Shown here: positions 29,257-38,517 of the stretch, one piece after another
How positions within the stretch are numbered: position 1 is the first letter of the stretch
Layout: the number at the start of each line of letters is the position of its first letter
From: Candidatus Woesebacteria bacterium
GTDB lineage: Bacteria; Patescibacteriota; Microgenomatia; UBA10105; UBA927
Reading direction: 5' to 3'
Assembly: GCA_018062625.1 (NCBI GenBank)
Contig: JAGORV010000003.1
Span: forward strand, 12,007-76,006
Length of the DNA stretch: 64,000 bases
Program-made: the position numbers and the translations under genes
Notes under the pieces: model-generated
Database searches by the model: none
What the model was told of the DNA's origin: nothing
Seen by the model: the letters and a program-made list of their open reading frames with translations, nothing else

Positions 29257-31032
29257 CTACCAACTCCCTCCTCCACCACCACCGCCGCCACCTCCAGAAC
29301 TACCTCCGCCACCGCCGCTGGAAAATCCGGAAGAAAAACCCGTAGACGACTTGTGTTGCACCGACACCGCAAAAGACATAGACATACCGTTACCTATGCC
29401 CCTAGCAAACACCACACTATTAAAATGTGTAGATGAATTCGAGACATACCAATCAGGTTTTGAAAGCCCTAAATCCTTAAACCGCTTTGCCCAAATCTCT
29501 TCTACTCCAAACGCAATAGCAAATGGTAATAACTTTTCAAACATCATTTGTTTATCTGCTTGAAATGCCAACTTTTTTTCCTGACTTATCAAGAATGATT
29601 TGAGAGCTCGTGCCATTGCAGCAGAATCTGCGCCGTATATTGTCTTTCGTGGCATATGCTGACCGAATGTCACCGAAACTAAAAGGAGTATCGGATTAAA
29701 GGTAAAGACAGATAGCATTGCCAGAAGCCCATATTTTGTTCTAAGTGTCTGTGGATTTTCAGCAAAATATCCTTCAAGTACCAAAAATTCATATACAGTC
29801 TTTTTTACCTTTTCAAAGGTTATCTGCAAATCCAAATCACCCAGACTTACTATGTCGCCCTCCTCAAATATTCCATCGAGCAAGATTTTTTCGTAGGGAA
29901 GTATTTCGACATCTGTATCCCAATCCTTCACTTTCATAACCTGAAACTCTTCTTTTTTCTTCTCGATAATTTTCAGATACCCTCGCCTAGCTAGATCCAC
30001 AATTGACGCATATATATCTCTCAAATCTACTGTTTCATCGACTAACGTTCCAGTTTCTGCTGGAGTGAGCACTCTATGACTCTTCGTAGAAGGCGGACTA
30101 AACCATGCTTTTGCTTCACCCATCGTAGGTTTTGGATCTCTTCCCGCTTTCCACCATCGCCACACGATACGAATAGGCAACAATACGTACCAAACTATGG
30201 CAATCAAAACAAGCACTACTGCTACAACCTTACCCTGAAGCGTAGCAAAAAATGGTATCAACTCCGTGGGTTCAAGTACTGCAATTGTGCCTTTTGGAAC
30301 TGCCAATACTGCGGTGAGTCCTTCATATGCAACCAATGGTCTTGTTGATTTCATGGTAATTTTTGTATCCCTCACCTCTATGGAACAATTTTTTTCTGTC
30401 GATTTTTGAGCGCCGATAAAACATTCGGTGTTAATATCTTTTTCTGCGATTCCTTGCGGAATTTCAATCACAGTCTGCGCAGAAAGAATTGGAACCTTCC
30501 ACTGTGTTCCTATGGCGTTCCAATACAATTCATCATGCCCAGGAAAATATGTCATGGCACCTGCTACATCGTAACTAATGATGTATGTATGTAAGCCTTG
30601 AATGGTTTTGTCTGCATCGCCAATTTTTATGGTCAACGTGTCATTTGCCCGTGTTATATTTGTCGTATACGTACCACCCTGCCGATCGGTAACCGTAATG
30701 TTCGAAATGGTTAGCGCAAATCGCTTTCCGTCAGCATTCGTTTTTACATACGGAATCGTTCGTATGATTCCGTGACGAGGTGCTCTAAAAAAATATTCTA
30801 TATTCTCGACAACTTGCATGCTCCCATCAACACGAATACTACTGTCTGTGTTGTAGTTTTTTATATGCTCATCTAGGTTTTCTGACACGTTGGTGTTTAC
30901 GATATCGCGACCATTTACCGTAACACGCACCGAGGAAGTTGAAGTAACAACTGCATGCACTAGTGTGGGTACAAAAAGCGCAAGTAGCGCCAAAAAGACT
31001 CCATGTGCCAAAACTTTGAATAGCGTTTTCAT
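29257..31032 (-). CDS. DUF2207 membrane protein with Gly-rich C-terminal tail
   Basis: Signal peptide, HGIIRTIP and DELYWNAIG motifs, internal TMs, tail GGGGGSSGGGGGGGGGGSW. Confidence 0.75.
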   Translation of the reverse strand: MKTLFKVLAHGVFLALLALFVPTLVHAVVTSTSSVRVTVNGRDIVNTNVSENLDEHIKNYNTDSSIRVDGSMQVVENIEYFFRAPRHGIIRTIPYVKTNADGKRFALTISNITVTDRQGGTYTTNITRANDTLTIKIGDADKTIQGLHTYIISYDVAGAMTYFPGHDELYWNAIGTQWKVPILSAQTVIEIPQGIAEKDINTECFIGAQKSTEKNCSIEVRDTKITMKSTRPLVAYEGLTAVLAVPKGTIAVLEPTELIPFFATLQGKVVAVVLVLIAIVWYVLLPIRIVWRWWKAGRDPKPTMGEAKAWFSPPSTKSHRVLTPAETGTLVDETVDLRDIYASIVDLARRGYLKIIEKKKEEFQVMKVKDWDTDVEILPYEKILLDGIFEEGDIVSLGDLDLQITFEKVKKTVYEFLVLEGYFAENPQTLRTKYGLLAMLSVFTFNPILLLVSVTFGQHMPRKTIYGADSAAMARALKSFLISQEKKLAFQADKQMMFEKLLPFAIAFGVEEIWAKRFKDLGLSKPDWYVSNSSTHFNSVVFARGIGNGMSMSFAVSVQHKSSTGFSSGFSSGGGGGSSGGGGGGGGGGSW

Positions 31033-32013
31033 TTATTGGAGATATCTAGCTACATTCGCGTTGTGTTCTTCGATCGTCTTGGCGTAATGCGCTACACCTT
31101 TGGGATCATGTATATAATACCAATAGTCTGATGATTTGGGATATATCACTGCAGTAATGGCGGCAAGGCCAGGATTACAAATGGGCCCTGGTGGAAGACC
31201 AGTGTTGAGATAAGTGTTGTACGGTGATTTCACTGAACGATCTTCATCGGAAAGATATTTTTTCCACCAAGATTTTTCATTTGCCTGATATCCCAATGAG
31301 TACTGAAGCGTTGCATCAACCTGTAATGGCCAGTCCGCTTCCAACCGTCTCAACAAAATTCCAGCGATGATTGGTCTATCTTCGGCACTGACACCTTCAC
31401 GCTCGACAATGGAAGCCAGAGTAACTACTTCAGGTAAGGTAAGTTTTTGCTTTTTCACATCCTCTCGCATTTTAGAAGTCACCTTTGCTTCAAAATTATC
31501 TGAGAAAATTTTTGCTATAGCTCCTGCTGTGGCATCAGGTGGTATCAGGTATGTATCTGGAAACATATATCCTTCACGCGCTACTTTCAAAAACTCAGCT
31601 TCAGGTAGATCCGTGTCTTTGGCGAGCCTATTTGCCACTTCCTCCTTACGCCATCCCTCTACCATGGTTACCCAAACGTCAGATATACCATGCGTCAACG
31701 CGCGCGCTATGGTCGTAGTATCCATGCTACGATTGATACGAAAATCTCCAGCCTGTAAATTGCGCTCTATGCCAAGATATTTTATCAAAAGAAAAAATGC
31801 TGTTGGACTCCGAATCAAACGATCGGTAGCAAGGTTTGCTGCAATCGCACGCGCGCCATCACCTTTGCTAATGGTAAACTTTACTGGGGTAGTATCTTGG
31901 GTATCTATCGCACCTGTCGCATCCTTCCACCACATCCCGCTACCGATGAGCACAATAACCACGACAAGAAAAAATGCACCAAAATGTGGAACAACAGACT
32001 TATTTGATTTCAT
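31033..32013 (-). CDS. mltG: Endolytic murein transglycosylase MltG/YceG family (paralog 2)
   Basis: ASIVEREG, SPYNTY.NTGLPPGPICNPG; ATG 32013 (MKSNKSV plus TM) preferred over the track start 32082. Confidence 0.88.
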   Translation of the reverse strand: MKSNKSVVPHFGAFFLVVVIVLIGSGMWWKDATGAIDTQDTTPVKFTISKGDGARAIAANLATDRLIRSPTAFFLLIKYLGIERNLQAGDFRINRSMDTTTIARALTHGISDVWVTMVEGWRKEEVANRLAKDTDLPEAEFLKVAREGYMFPDTYLIPPDATAGAIAKIFSDNFEAKVTSKMREDVKKQKLTLPEVVTLASIVEREGVSAEDRPIIAGILLRRLEADWPLQVDATLQYSLGYQANEKSWWKKYLSDEDRSVKSPYNTYLNTGLPPGPICNPGLAAITAVIYPKSSDYWYYIHDPKGVAHYAKTIEEHNANVARYLQ

Positions 32014-32191
32014 TGATAAGCGCGCGACGATATTTGCGTGACGCTGAATCATACATATAGATGCGTCCACACACACAATCAATACGCGCTAAACCTTTTC
32101 CATCGGACGATGCTAATGGTTTTCCACATCCCACACATTTTCCTTGGGATAATAACCACGCTTGTACCGGTGCGAGCATGTTTTTCAACAT
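32000..32191 (-). CDS. Small zinc-ribbon-like protein
   Basis: 63 aa with CVGCG ... CVCG pairs; overlaps the mltG2 start by 14 nt. Confidence 0.4.
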   Translation of the reverse strand: MLKNMLAPVQAWLLSQGKCVGCGKPLASSDGKGLARIDCVCGRIYMYDSASRKYRRALINEIK

Positions 32192-32200
32192 ACAAAAATA

Positions 32201-33460
32201 TTATGTAATCTTATAAATCGGCATGGCTTTTAACGTTTCTACCGCTTCTTTCAATCGCCACTTATCCGAACTATAGAGTGTTGCTAGTATATCACCTTTG
32301 TCCACAGTCTCATCAAGTTTTCGATTCAGATACATACCTGATTTTCTATCAGTCGGGCATCCCAACACCCTGCATACCACAGCAATCTCTTGATTGTTGA
32401 TAAATGACACCATGCCTTTTTTGGGTGATTTAATCTCATGCTTTTCTTTTCCTGGTGTAAGCTTGCTACTTATAACGTTTGGGTCGCCACCTTGAGCCTT
32501 TATAATTTCTTTCATTTTTTGCAACGCTGCTCCATTTCGAAGCAACTCTCGCGCCACCTCTTCTCCATCTTTGCCCTTTTCAGACTTAGAGTCTGCGTAA
32601 CACAGAGTTAGAAGTTTGCCAGCAAGCCTCAACGCTTTAGCTTCTAGTGCAAGTGGTCGCTCTGGTGCCTGCTCAAGCACTTGAAATACATCACGCGCCT
32701 CAAGCACCGGTCCTATCCCTCGACCGGCATTTTGCCTTGCTTCATTTATGTCAAAAATCATTTTCACTTTAAATTTTTTGGCTAAAATACTAAATTTTTT
32801 CGCAATAAACTCAGCATCTTTAAAGTGTTGAATTTTCATAGTGGGCCCAACCGGTAAATCAATAATAATGTGATTTGCTCCAGACGCCACCTTTTTTGCC
32901 ATCACGGATACGATAATCTTATCGAAAGATTCAAACGCGAGTGGTTTTTCTACTTGAATGAGAATATCATCAGCAGGAGCAAGACCCATATGTCCACCCC
33001 AGACAATACATCCACCCGTTTTATCCACTATGTGTTGAATTTGTGGAATAGAAAACGTCACTGGCGCAACTACCTCCATAGTATCTGCAGTACCTGCCGG
33101 TGACGTAATTGCTCGAGAAGATGTTTTTGGAATAGTAAAACCAGCAGCTGCGATAATAGGAACTATAATCATAGTAGTACGAGTTCCTGCAACTCCACCC
33201 GCTGAATGTTTATCTGCAATAATTCCTTTAAATTTGAGCCTAGGTCCTGTATCAATCATGGCTTTTGTTAAATAAAATAACTCATCCTCAGAAAAACCTT
33301 CTTTAAATCCTGCTGCTGCAAAATATGTAGTCAGAACTGGACTCAACTTTTGATTAGCTATCTCATCCATGATAGAAAAAATCTCTGAGTAATTAAGGCG
33401 CTTACCGATCAATTTCTTTTTGATCGCATCAATCGCTTTTTGTTGAGAATCATTTGACAT
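32201..33460 (-). CDS. AMP phosphorylase / thymidine phosphorylase family protein (archaeal-type core)
   Basis: DKHSAGGVAG and SSRAITSPAGTADTME motifs resemble archaeal AMP phosphorylase more than bacterial DeoA (SGRGLGHTGGTLD). At 419 aa it lacks the extra N-terminal domain. Confidence 0.75.
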   Translation of the reverse strand: MSNDSQQKAIDAIKKKLIGKRLNYSEIFSIMDEIANQKLSPVLTTYFAAAGFKEGFSEDELFYLTKAMIDTGPRLKFKGIIADKHSAGGVAGTRTTMIIVPIIAAAGFTIPKTSSRAITSPAGTADTMEVVAPVTFSIPQIQHIVDKTGGCIVWGGHMGLAPADDILIQVEKPLAFESFDKIIVSVMAKKVASGANHIIIDLPVGPTMKIQHFKDAEFIAKKFSILAKKFKVKMIFDINEARQNAGRGIGPVLEARDVFQVLEQAPERPLALEAKALRLAGKLLTLCYADSKSEKGKDGEEVARELLRNGAALQKMKEIIKAQGGDPNVISSKLTPGKEKHEIKSPKKGMVSFINNQEIAVVCRVLGCPTDRKSGMYLNRKLDETVDKGDILATLYSSDKWRLKEAVETLKAMPIYKIT

Positions 33461-33463
33461 AGG

Positions 33464-34171
33464 TTATATATGTTTTAATCGAGCCTTCACATTTAGCCGA
33501 TAAAAATATGTACCAGGTGGCACACATGTCACCACAGTAATATATGAATCGTCGAATTTTTGTTCGAGAGGTGATAAATCGGTCGGCTCTACTACCACTT
33601 TATCATAGACTTCATAATTATATGTTATGCCATCGAATTTGATAATTATATCGTCACCAATCTTAATTGTTGGCAACGTAGCAAATATAGAATGATAATC
33701 CTTCACCCCTTTATAAAATTGTGGCAATGTTGAGTGACCAAAAATGACCGCGTTTCCATACTCTCCCGGAAGACCAGTACCTCCATAATGAATCAAGCTT
33801 TTAGCCAAATCGTCTCCGGCTATCACCACTGTTGCGTCAAATAAATTTAACCTTGGAATAGATAGCGTGTAACTGTTCACTGGGGCTACAACCTTTTTTT
33901 GAGGTTTCGTTGGGTACCAACGATTTGGATCAGAAAGTTCATCGCCTGCTGCTGCCAACACAATTGGTGCGATAGGCCTTGCTGCCAACACATCAGCAAC
34001 AGGGCTAACCGTTGAGGTAAAAAGCGATTGATCAAATGTAAAAAATGAAATAATTGGCCACACGGTCCAACCGATTATAAATATCCCAATTCCCATCATG
34101 ACGTATGACACCATCACGGGTCTGGAAATTGGCTTTTTGGGATATGATTTTACATACTGATACATTGCCAT
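33464..34171 (-). CDS. Sortase family transpeptidase
   Basis: N-terminal TM, catalytic His (IFGHST), VVTCVPPG (TLxTC-type Cys), downstream Arg. Confidence 0.8.
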   Translation of the reverse strand: MAMYQYVKSYPKKPISRPVMVSYVMMGIGIFIIGWTVWPIISFFTFDQSLFTSTVSPVADVLAARPIAPIVLAAAGDELSDPNRWYPTKPQKKVVAPVNSYTLSIPRLNLFDATVVIAGDDLAKSLIHYGGTGLPGEYGNAVIFGHSTLPQFYKGVKDYHSIFATLPTIKIGDDIIIKFDGITYNYEVYDKVVVEPTDLSPLEQKFDDSYITVVTCVPPGTYFYRLNVKARLKHI

Positions 34172-34254
34172 AAATTACACTTTCATCCTGTTACACGAAA
34201 AGCGCATCTAATAGCGTAGCAGATCAGACGACAACGAGCGAGGATTTCCGATCA

Positions 34255-36648
34255 TTACTGCACTGCCACTGACAGAGTGATATTTTTTGGATTCACAGGC
34301 AGCCTCGATTGAGATGGAGACAAAGCAAATCGAAACTCCGCTCCAGCAACCCCCACGGTATCCTTAAGAATCGCCGTTGCGGTTTTAACATCCTTACCAG
34401 TTAATTTACTAATCAAACCGCTGTTATCTATCACCGGCAAAGCCACTGCTTTAAGCGTCGCAGTCAAAGTAATCTTCCCATCTTTCTTTACCGATATTCC
34501 ACTGGTGGTCACATCCGCTTGCCCACCTGACAAGGAATACCCCGAGGGCACTTTTGCTGCCACAAGCGATGTGAGAATCGCCTTTACATCTTCATCTCTT
34601 ATAGAGATACCAGAAACAGTGATCGTTACCTTTCCATGGAGCTCTTTTGCTTCTTGATCCAATTCTTGATCAAATATTTTTTCAGATACGGTAGTTTTAA
34701 CAGTTTGATCAATAAGCCGCTCGGCTCCAATTTGTGTTGATAATTCTGTCTTAGCTTTTCCAACTAACTCATCGGTAAGCGCTTTTACCATCCCGTCGTA
34801 ATCTGCTCGAGACACTACGGTAACATCGCGACTTGCGCCACCAGTAAACGCGGCGTCATTGCGAGCTGAAACTGCTGACGCTGCGGTATCTTTAAATACA
34901 AACTCTGTCGACGCTGACATATTACTGTCGCTACCAATCTCAACAGCGGTAACTGCAACGGATTTTTTCCCAAATGTGATAGAACCAATACTCTCACTTG
35001 CGCTTGCCACACTCACTTCCTCATCCAACGTAAAAGATAATCCCTTCGCCACCAAAATAGCACCTTTTTTCAATGTTTTTTCGCTCGTCACCTTGTTATA
35101 TACCGTCACGATTCCCCGTGCGGAATCTCCCACTTTCTTTTTGCCAGTTACAACCGCTGTTTTTTCGCCTGTTATTGATTTTTCTTGTGTACGACCCGGA
35201 ATTATTTTTGTGGCTGAATCCGCAATCGTCGCCACCGGATCTACGGTCACGACAGAAAACTCAGACAACGACACAGGAGCAACGAGAATTGTAACGGTAG
35301 CGTGAGGTACAAAATAATACACAAGCCCACCAATACCCAACAGAAGCAACACTCCAATTAATAACGGTACGGGCACACCAGCTGGTTTTGGCATACGAGA
35401 AAACATGCTACGCACTCCAGACAAGTCAAACTTTGAAATAGCGGGCAATGCAAACTTGAATGCCATTTTTTGCTTTCTTGGAAGAATTTTTACTTCCTCA
35501 TCATCATCTATAACCAACTCTCTTGGCATCACTTTGGCCTTCTGATGCAACTGATGTGACTCTAATACATCTTGGCGTTCAAATCCCAAAGCCTCTGGTG
35601 AGACAACGTGCACGTTTGATTCTTCTTCCTGCCCGTCGACCTCTTCAATTACTTCACCGAGTTCCTTATCCTCTTCTGAAGCTTCCTCGTCACTACCATC
35701 CTCATATTCGTCATCTTCTTCAAAATCATCACCTGGCTCTACTTCTTCACTTTCCAGTGATTGCTCATCCTCCTCACCACTTTCTTCTGAGTTATGTTCT
35801 CCTGTGGTCGGCGGCGTTCGTGTAGGTTGTGCTACAGCAACAGTTGCCTCTGCTGATATATCTCCCTCATCAGTTTCACCTATTTCGGCAGACAACTCTG
35901 ATGCGCCTGAAAGAGATACTGCCTCAAGGAGTTTTTCGGTTGTTATGGTTTCAATCTTTGGAAAATGTAAGAAATTCGCACGTGTTGGCCATGGGTGTTT
36001 CAGCAATCTCCCACGAACTTCATCAAGATTTGCCTCATCTCCTCCATACAGTAGTATTCGAGAGGGCAACACATCGCTATCCTGATAATTTTTTAGCGCT
36101 GTTTCAATTGCCAGTGCTGGATCGCTGACTATATCAATCACTTCTTCACCTACCATAGTCCCAATACGAAAAATGGTAACAGTACCAACGCTTGCAGAGC
36201 ATCCCACCAAAATCATAGAGGGCGGAATTCCTTCTTCTTTTTTAAATAAAAATGCTAATGCTTGAGAAAGTGGTACAAATCCAACCGGTGAAAGCTCGAG
36301 CATTGTAGTAAGTTTTTTCAGATGGGGTCGAATACCCTGCGCTATATTTCCTTCACGAGTCAGATATGCGCCTGGCATACCAAAAACTGTTTTACTTATC
36401 GCACCGTGCGATTTCGCTTTATCCTCTGCGGCGGACAAAAGCCTATCTATCACCGCTATACGAGCATCCCAACTATCCTCAGAAACTTTTCCATGTGCGT
36501 AACTCACAATCTTGGGGATTCCAGAGGGCTCCACAAACCAAGCGGCTACTGCTGCCGCATCCGTATCTAAGAATAAGGAAAAGAAGAAAGTTTTTTGGTC
36601 TTCCTTCTTTCCAAGTAGACCCGAAAATGCATCTGAGAATTTCATCAA
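34255..36648 (-). CDS. Bitopic membrane protein: degenerate actin/Hsp70-fold-like domain, acidic linker, TM and beta-rich ectodomain
   Basis: See findings. Motif order parallels the DnaK NBD in this window; acidic run aa ~255-345; TM PVPLLIGVLLLLGIGGLVYYFV. Confidence 0.5.
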   Translation of the reverse strand: MMKFSDAFSGLLGKKEDQKTFFFSLFLDTDAAAVAAWFVEPSGIPKIVSYAHGKVSEDSWDARIAVIDRLLSAAEDKAKSHGAISKTVFGMPGAYLTREGNIAQGIRPHLKKLTTMLELSPVGFVPLSQALAFLFKKEEGIPPSMILVGCSASVGTVTIFRIGTMVGEEVIDIVSDPALAIETALKNYQDSDVLPSRILLYGGDEANLDEVRGRLLKHPWPTRANFLHFPKIETITTEKLLEAVSLSGASELSAEIGETDEGDISAEATVAVAQPTRTPPTTGEHNSEESGEEDEQSLESEEVEPGDDFEEDDEYEDGSDEEASEEDKELGEVIEEVDGQEEESNVHVVSPEALGFERQDVLESHQLHQKAKVMPRELVIDDDEEVKILPRKQKMAFKFALPAISKFDLSGVRSMFSRMPKPAGVPVPLLIGVLLLLGIGGLVYYFVPHATVTILVAPVSLSEFSVVTVDPVATIADSATKIIPGRTQEKSITGEKTAVVTGKKKVGDSARGIVTVYNKVTSEKTLKKGAILVAKGLSFTLDEEVSVASASESIGSITFGKKSVAVTAVEIGSDSNMSASTEFVFKDTAASAVSARNDAAFTGGASRDVTVVSRADYDGMVKALTDELVGKAKTELSTQIGAERLIDQTVKTTVSEKIFDQELDQEAKELHGKVTITVSGISIRDEDVKAILTSLVAAKVPSGYSLSGGQADVTTSGISVKKDGKITLTATLKAVALPVIDNSGLISKLTGKDVKTATAILKDTVGVAGAEFRFALSPSQSRLPVNPKNITLSVAVQ

Positions 36649-36651
36649 GTT

Positions 36652-38517
36652 TTATGAGAGGGTAGCGTATATACGTCTTACTCCAGCGCCGGCAGACTCC
36701 TCTTTTATTATTGTAAAGTGACCCAAGGCTCCTGTAAAGCTCACATGTGGTCCACCACAAAATTCTGCAGAGAAATAATCACCCGCGTGTGCTTTTTGGG
36801 GATCCAACCCCGTAGCAAGTCCTGCGATATACACACTCACTCGATCTGGGTATTTGTGACCAAATTCCATCTGTGCACCTATGGTTTCAGCAACTGTCCT
36901 ATCCATTTCAATGCGTTGCATCGTAAGATTTTCTTGTATTTTTTCATTTACTAATGATGCAACCTTCTCTAATTCTAGAGGTTCTAATTTACGAGAAAAA
37001 TTAAAATCCATGCGAAGCCGTTCTGCTGTGATATTACTCCCTCTTTGTTTTATGGCAGGATCAACGAGCTTTTGCAGCGCTGCAAGTAAAAGGTGATGGG
37101 CTGTATGAAGTCTAGTCGTCTGCTCACTATGATCAGCTAACCCTCCTTTAAACATGCCCTTTGCTGCTGTACGTGACAGGTCTTGATGTTTTTTAAATTC
37201 CTCTTGAAACTCCTGACGATTTACCTTCTGTCCTTTCTCTAAAGCTAGTTCATATGTCAATTCCCAAGGAAATCCAAAATTCTGAAGCAAATCAAATGCA
37301 ACCATGCCTGTGACAGTTTCATGCTTATGCAACATCGTCATTCCTTTGTGTAAGGCTTTTTCAAATCTATTTATTTCCTGAGTTAAAATAATTTCGTTTG
37401 TTAAAAACTCAGGAGTTTCCAACTGAAAATATACATCTTTATAGGTCTGACCTATTGCTTGGTATACTCTTTTCGCTAATTCCTCTTTAGAGTCTATAAC
37501 CCCCAACTCGTGCATTCTTACTACGGCTCTTCTAATTAATCGACGTAACAAATATCCTTGTTGTTTATTACCAGGAATTAATCCTTCATTAATCATGAAT
37601 GAAGCAGCCTTCAGATGATCAGCAATTACGCGCATACTTTGAGTGACTTTTCTTGATTCGTCATATTTTTTCTTTGAAAACTTCTCTAGTTCAATAATTA
37701 TTGCTGAAAATAAGTCAGTACGAAAAACGTCTGGATCGTCGTTAGATGCGGCTGTCATTCGTTCTAGTCCACCCCCAAAGTCAACGTTTTTTTGCGTTAA
37801 CTCTTTCAACGATCCATCAGATTCTTTTTTATATTGCATGAATACCGAATTTGCGATTTCCATGAATCTGCCACAATCACAATTTGGATGACATTGCTCA
37901 TTTTTCCATTCTGATATTTCATGAAGGCCTAAATTTTTACCGAAATCAAAAAATACTTCGCTGTCAGGCCCTCCAGGCTCGCCCGCAGGCATGTTATCTG
38001 GCTCACCAGACCTACTCCACCAATTTTTCTTCGCAGGGTAAGTAAATATTCGTTCACCAACTTTCGCATCTATGCCAACTCCCATAAAAATATTTTTCCA
38101 AATCTCGATCGATTCAGTATCTTTTGCTACAGAATCATTTCCTTCAAACACACTTACATATAAGCGTTTGGGGTCCAAACCTAATTCTTTAGTCAAAAAT
38201 TCAAAAATCCATGGAAGCTGCTCCTTTTTGAAGTAATCTCCGAGTGACCAATTGCCCAACATTTCAAAAAATGTCGTGTGACGATTATCTCCAACCTCTT
38301 CTATATCTTGTGAGCGAAAAGATTTTTGACTATCCACAAGGCGATTTCCTGATGGATGAACTTGCCCTAAAAGATATGGGATAAGTGGCTGCATGCCAGA
38401 ACTGGTAAAAAGTGTTGTTGGATCATTTTCTGGTACTAGCGGAGCTGAGGGGATTTCCACATGCCCTCGAGACGTATAAAAGGAAATAAATTTAGCACGC
38501 ACATCAGCTGATTTCAT
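36652..38517 (-). CDS. alaS: Alanine--tRNA ligase, short form (no C-Ala domain)
   Basis: Class II AlaRS N-terminus (FISFYTSRGH, FTSSGM) and editing-domain HxxxH (HTAHHLL) and CGGPHV motifs. 621 aa from ATG 38517. Confidence 0.92.
   Translation of the reverse strand: MKSADVRAKFISFYTSRGHVEIPSAPLVPENDPTTLFTSSGMQPLIPYLLGQVHPSGNRLVDSQKSFRSQDIEEVGDNRHTTFFEMLGNWSLGDYFKKEQLPWIFEFLTKELGLDPKRLYVSVFEGNDSVAKDTESIEIWKNIFMGVGIDAKVGERIFTYPAKKNWWSRSGEPDNMPAGEPGGPDSEVFFDFGKNLGLHEISEWKNEQCHPNCDCGRFMEIANSVFMQYKKESDGSLKELTQKNVDFGGGLERMTAASNDDPDVFRTDLFSAIIIELEKFSKKKYDESRKVTQSMRVIADHLKAASFMINEGLIPGNKQQGYLLRRLIRRAVVRMHELGVIDSKEELAKRVYQAIGQTYKDVYFQLETPEFLTNEIILTQEINRFEKALHKGMTMLHKHETVTGMVAFDLLQNFGFPWELTYELALEKGQKVNRQEFQEEFKKHQDLSRTAAKGMFKGGLADHSEQTTRLHTAHHLLLAALQKLVDPAIKQRGSNITAERLRMDFNFSRKLEPLELEKVASLVNEKIQENLTMQRIEMDRTVAETIGAQMEFGHKYPDRVSVYIAGLATGLDPQKAHAGDYFSAEFCGGPHVSFTGALGHFTIIKEESAGAGVRRIYATLS

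Noticed and set aside
29186-29563. ORF encoding a poly-proline run (PPPPPPPPPPELPPPPP)
   Set aside because: It is the reverse complement of the Gly-rich C-terminal tail (GGC/GGT repeats) of the DUF2207 gene, so it is a low-complexity mirror artefact.
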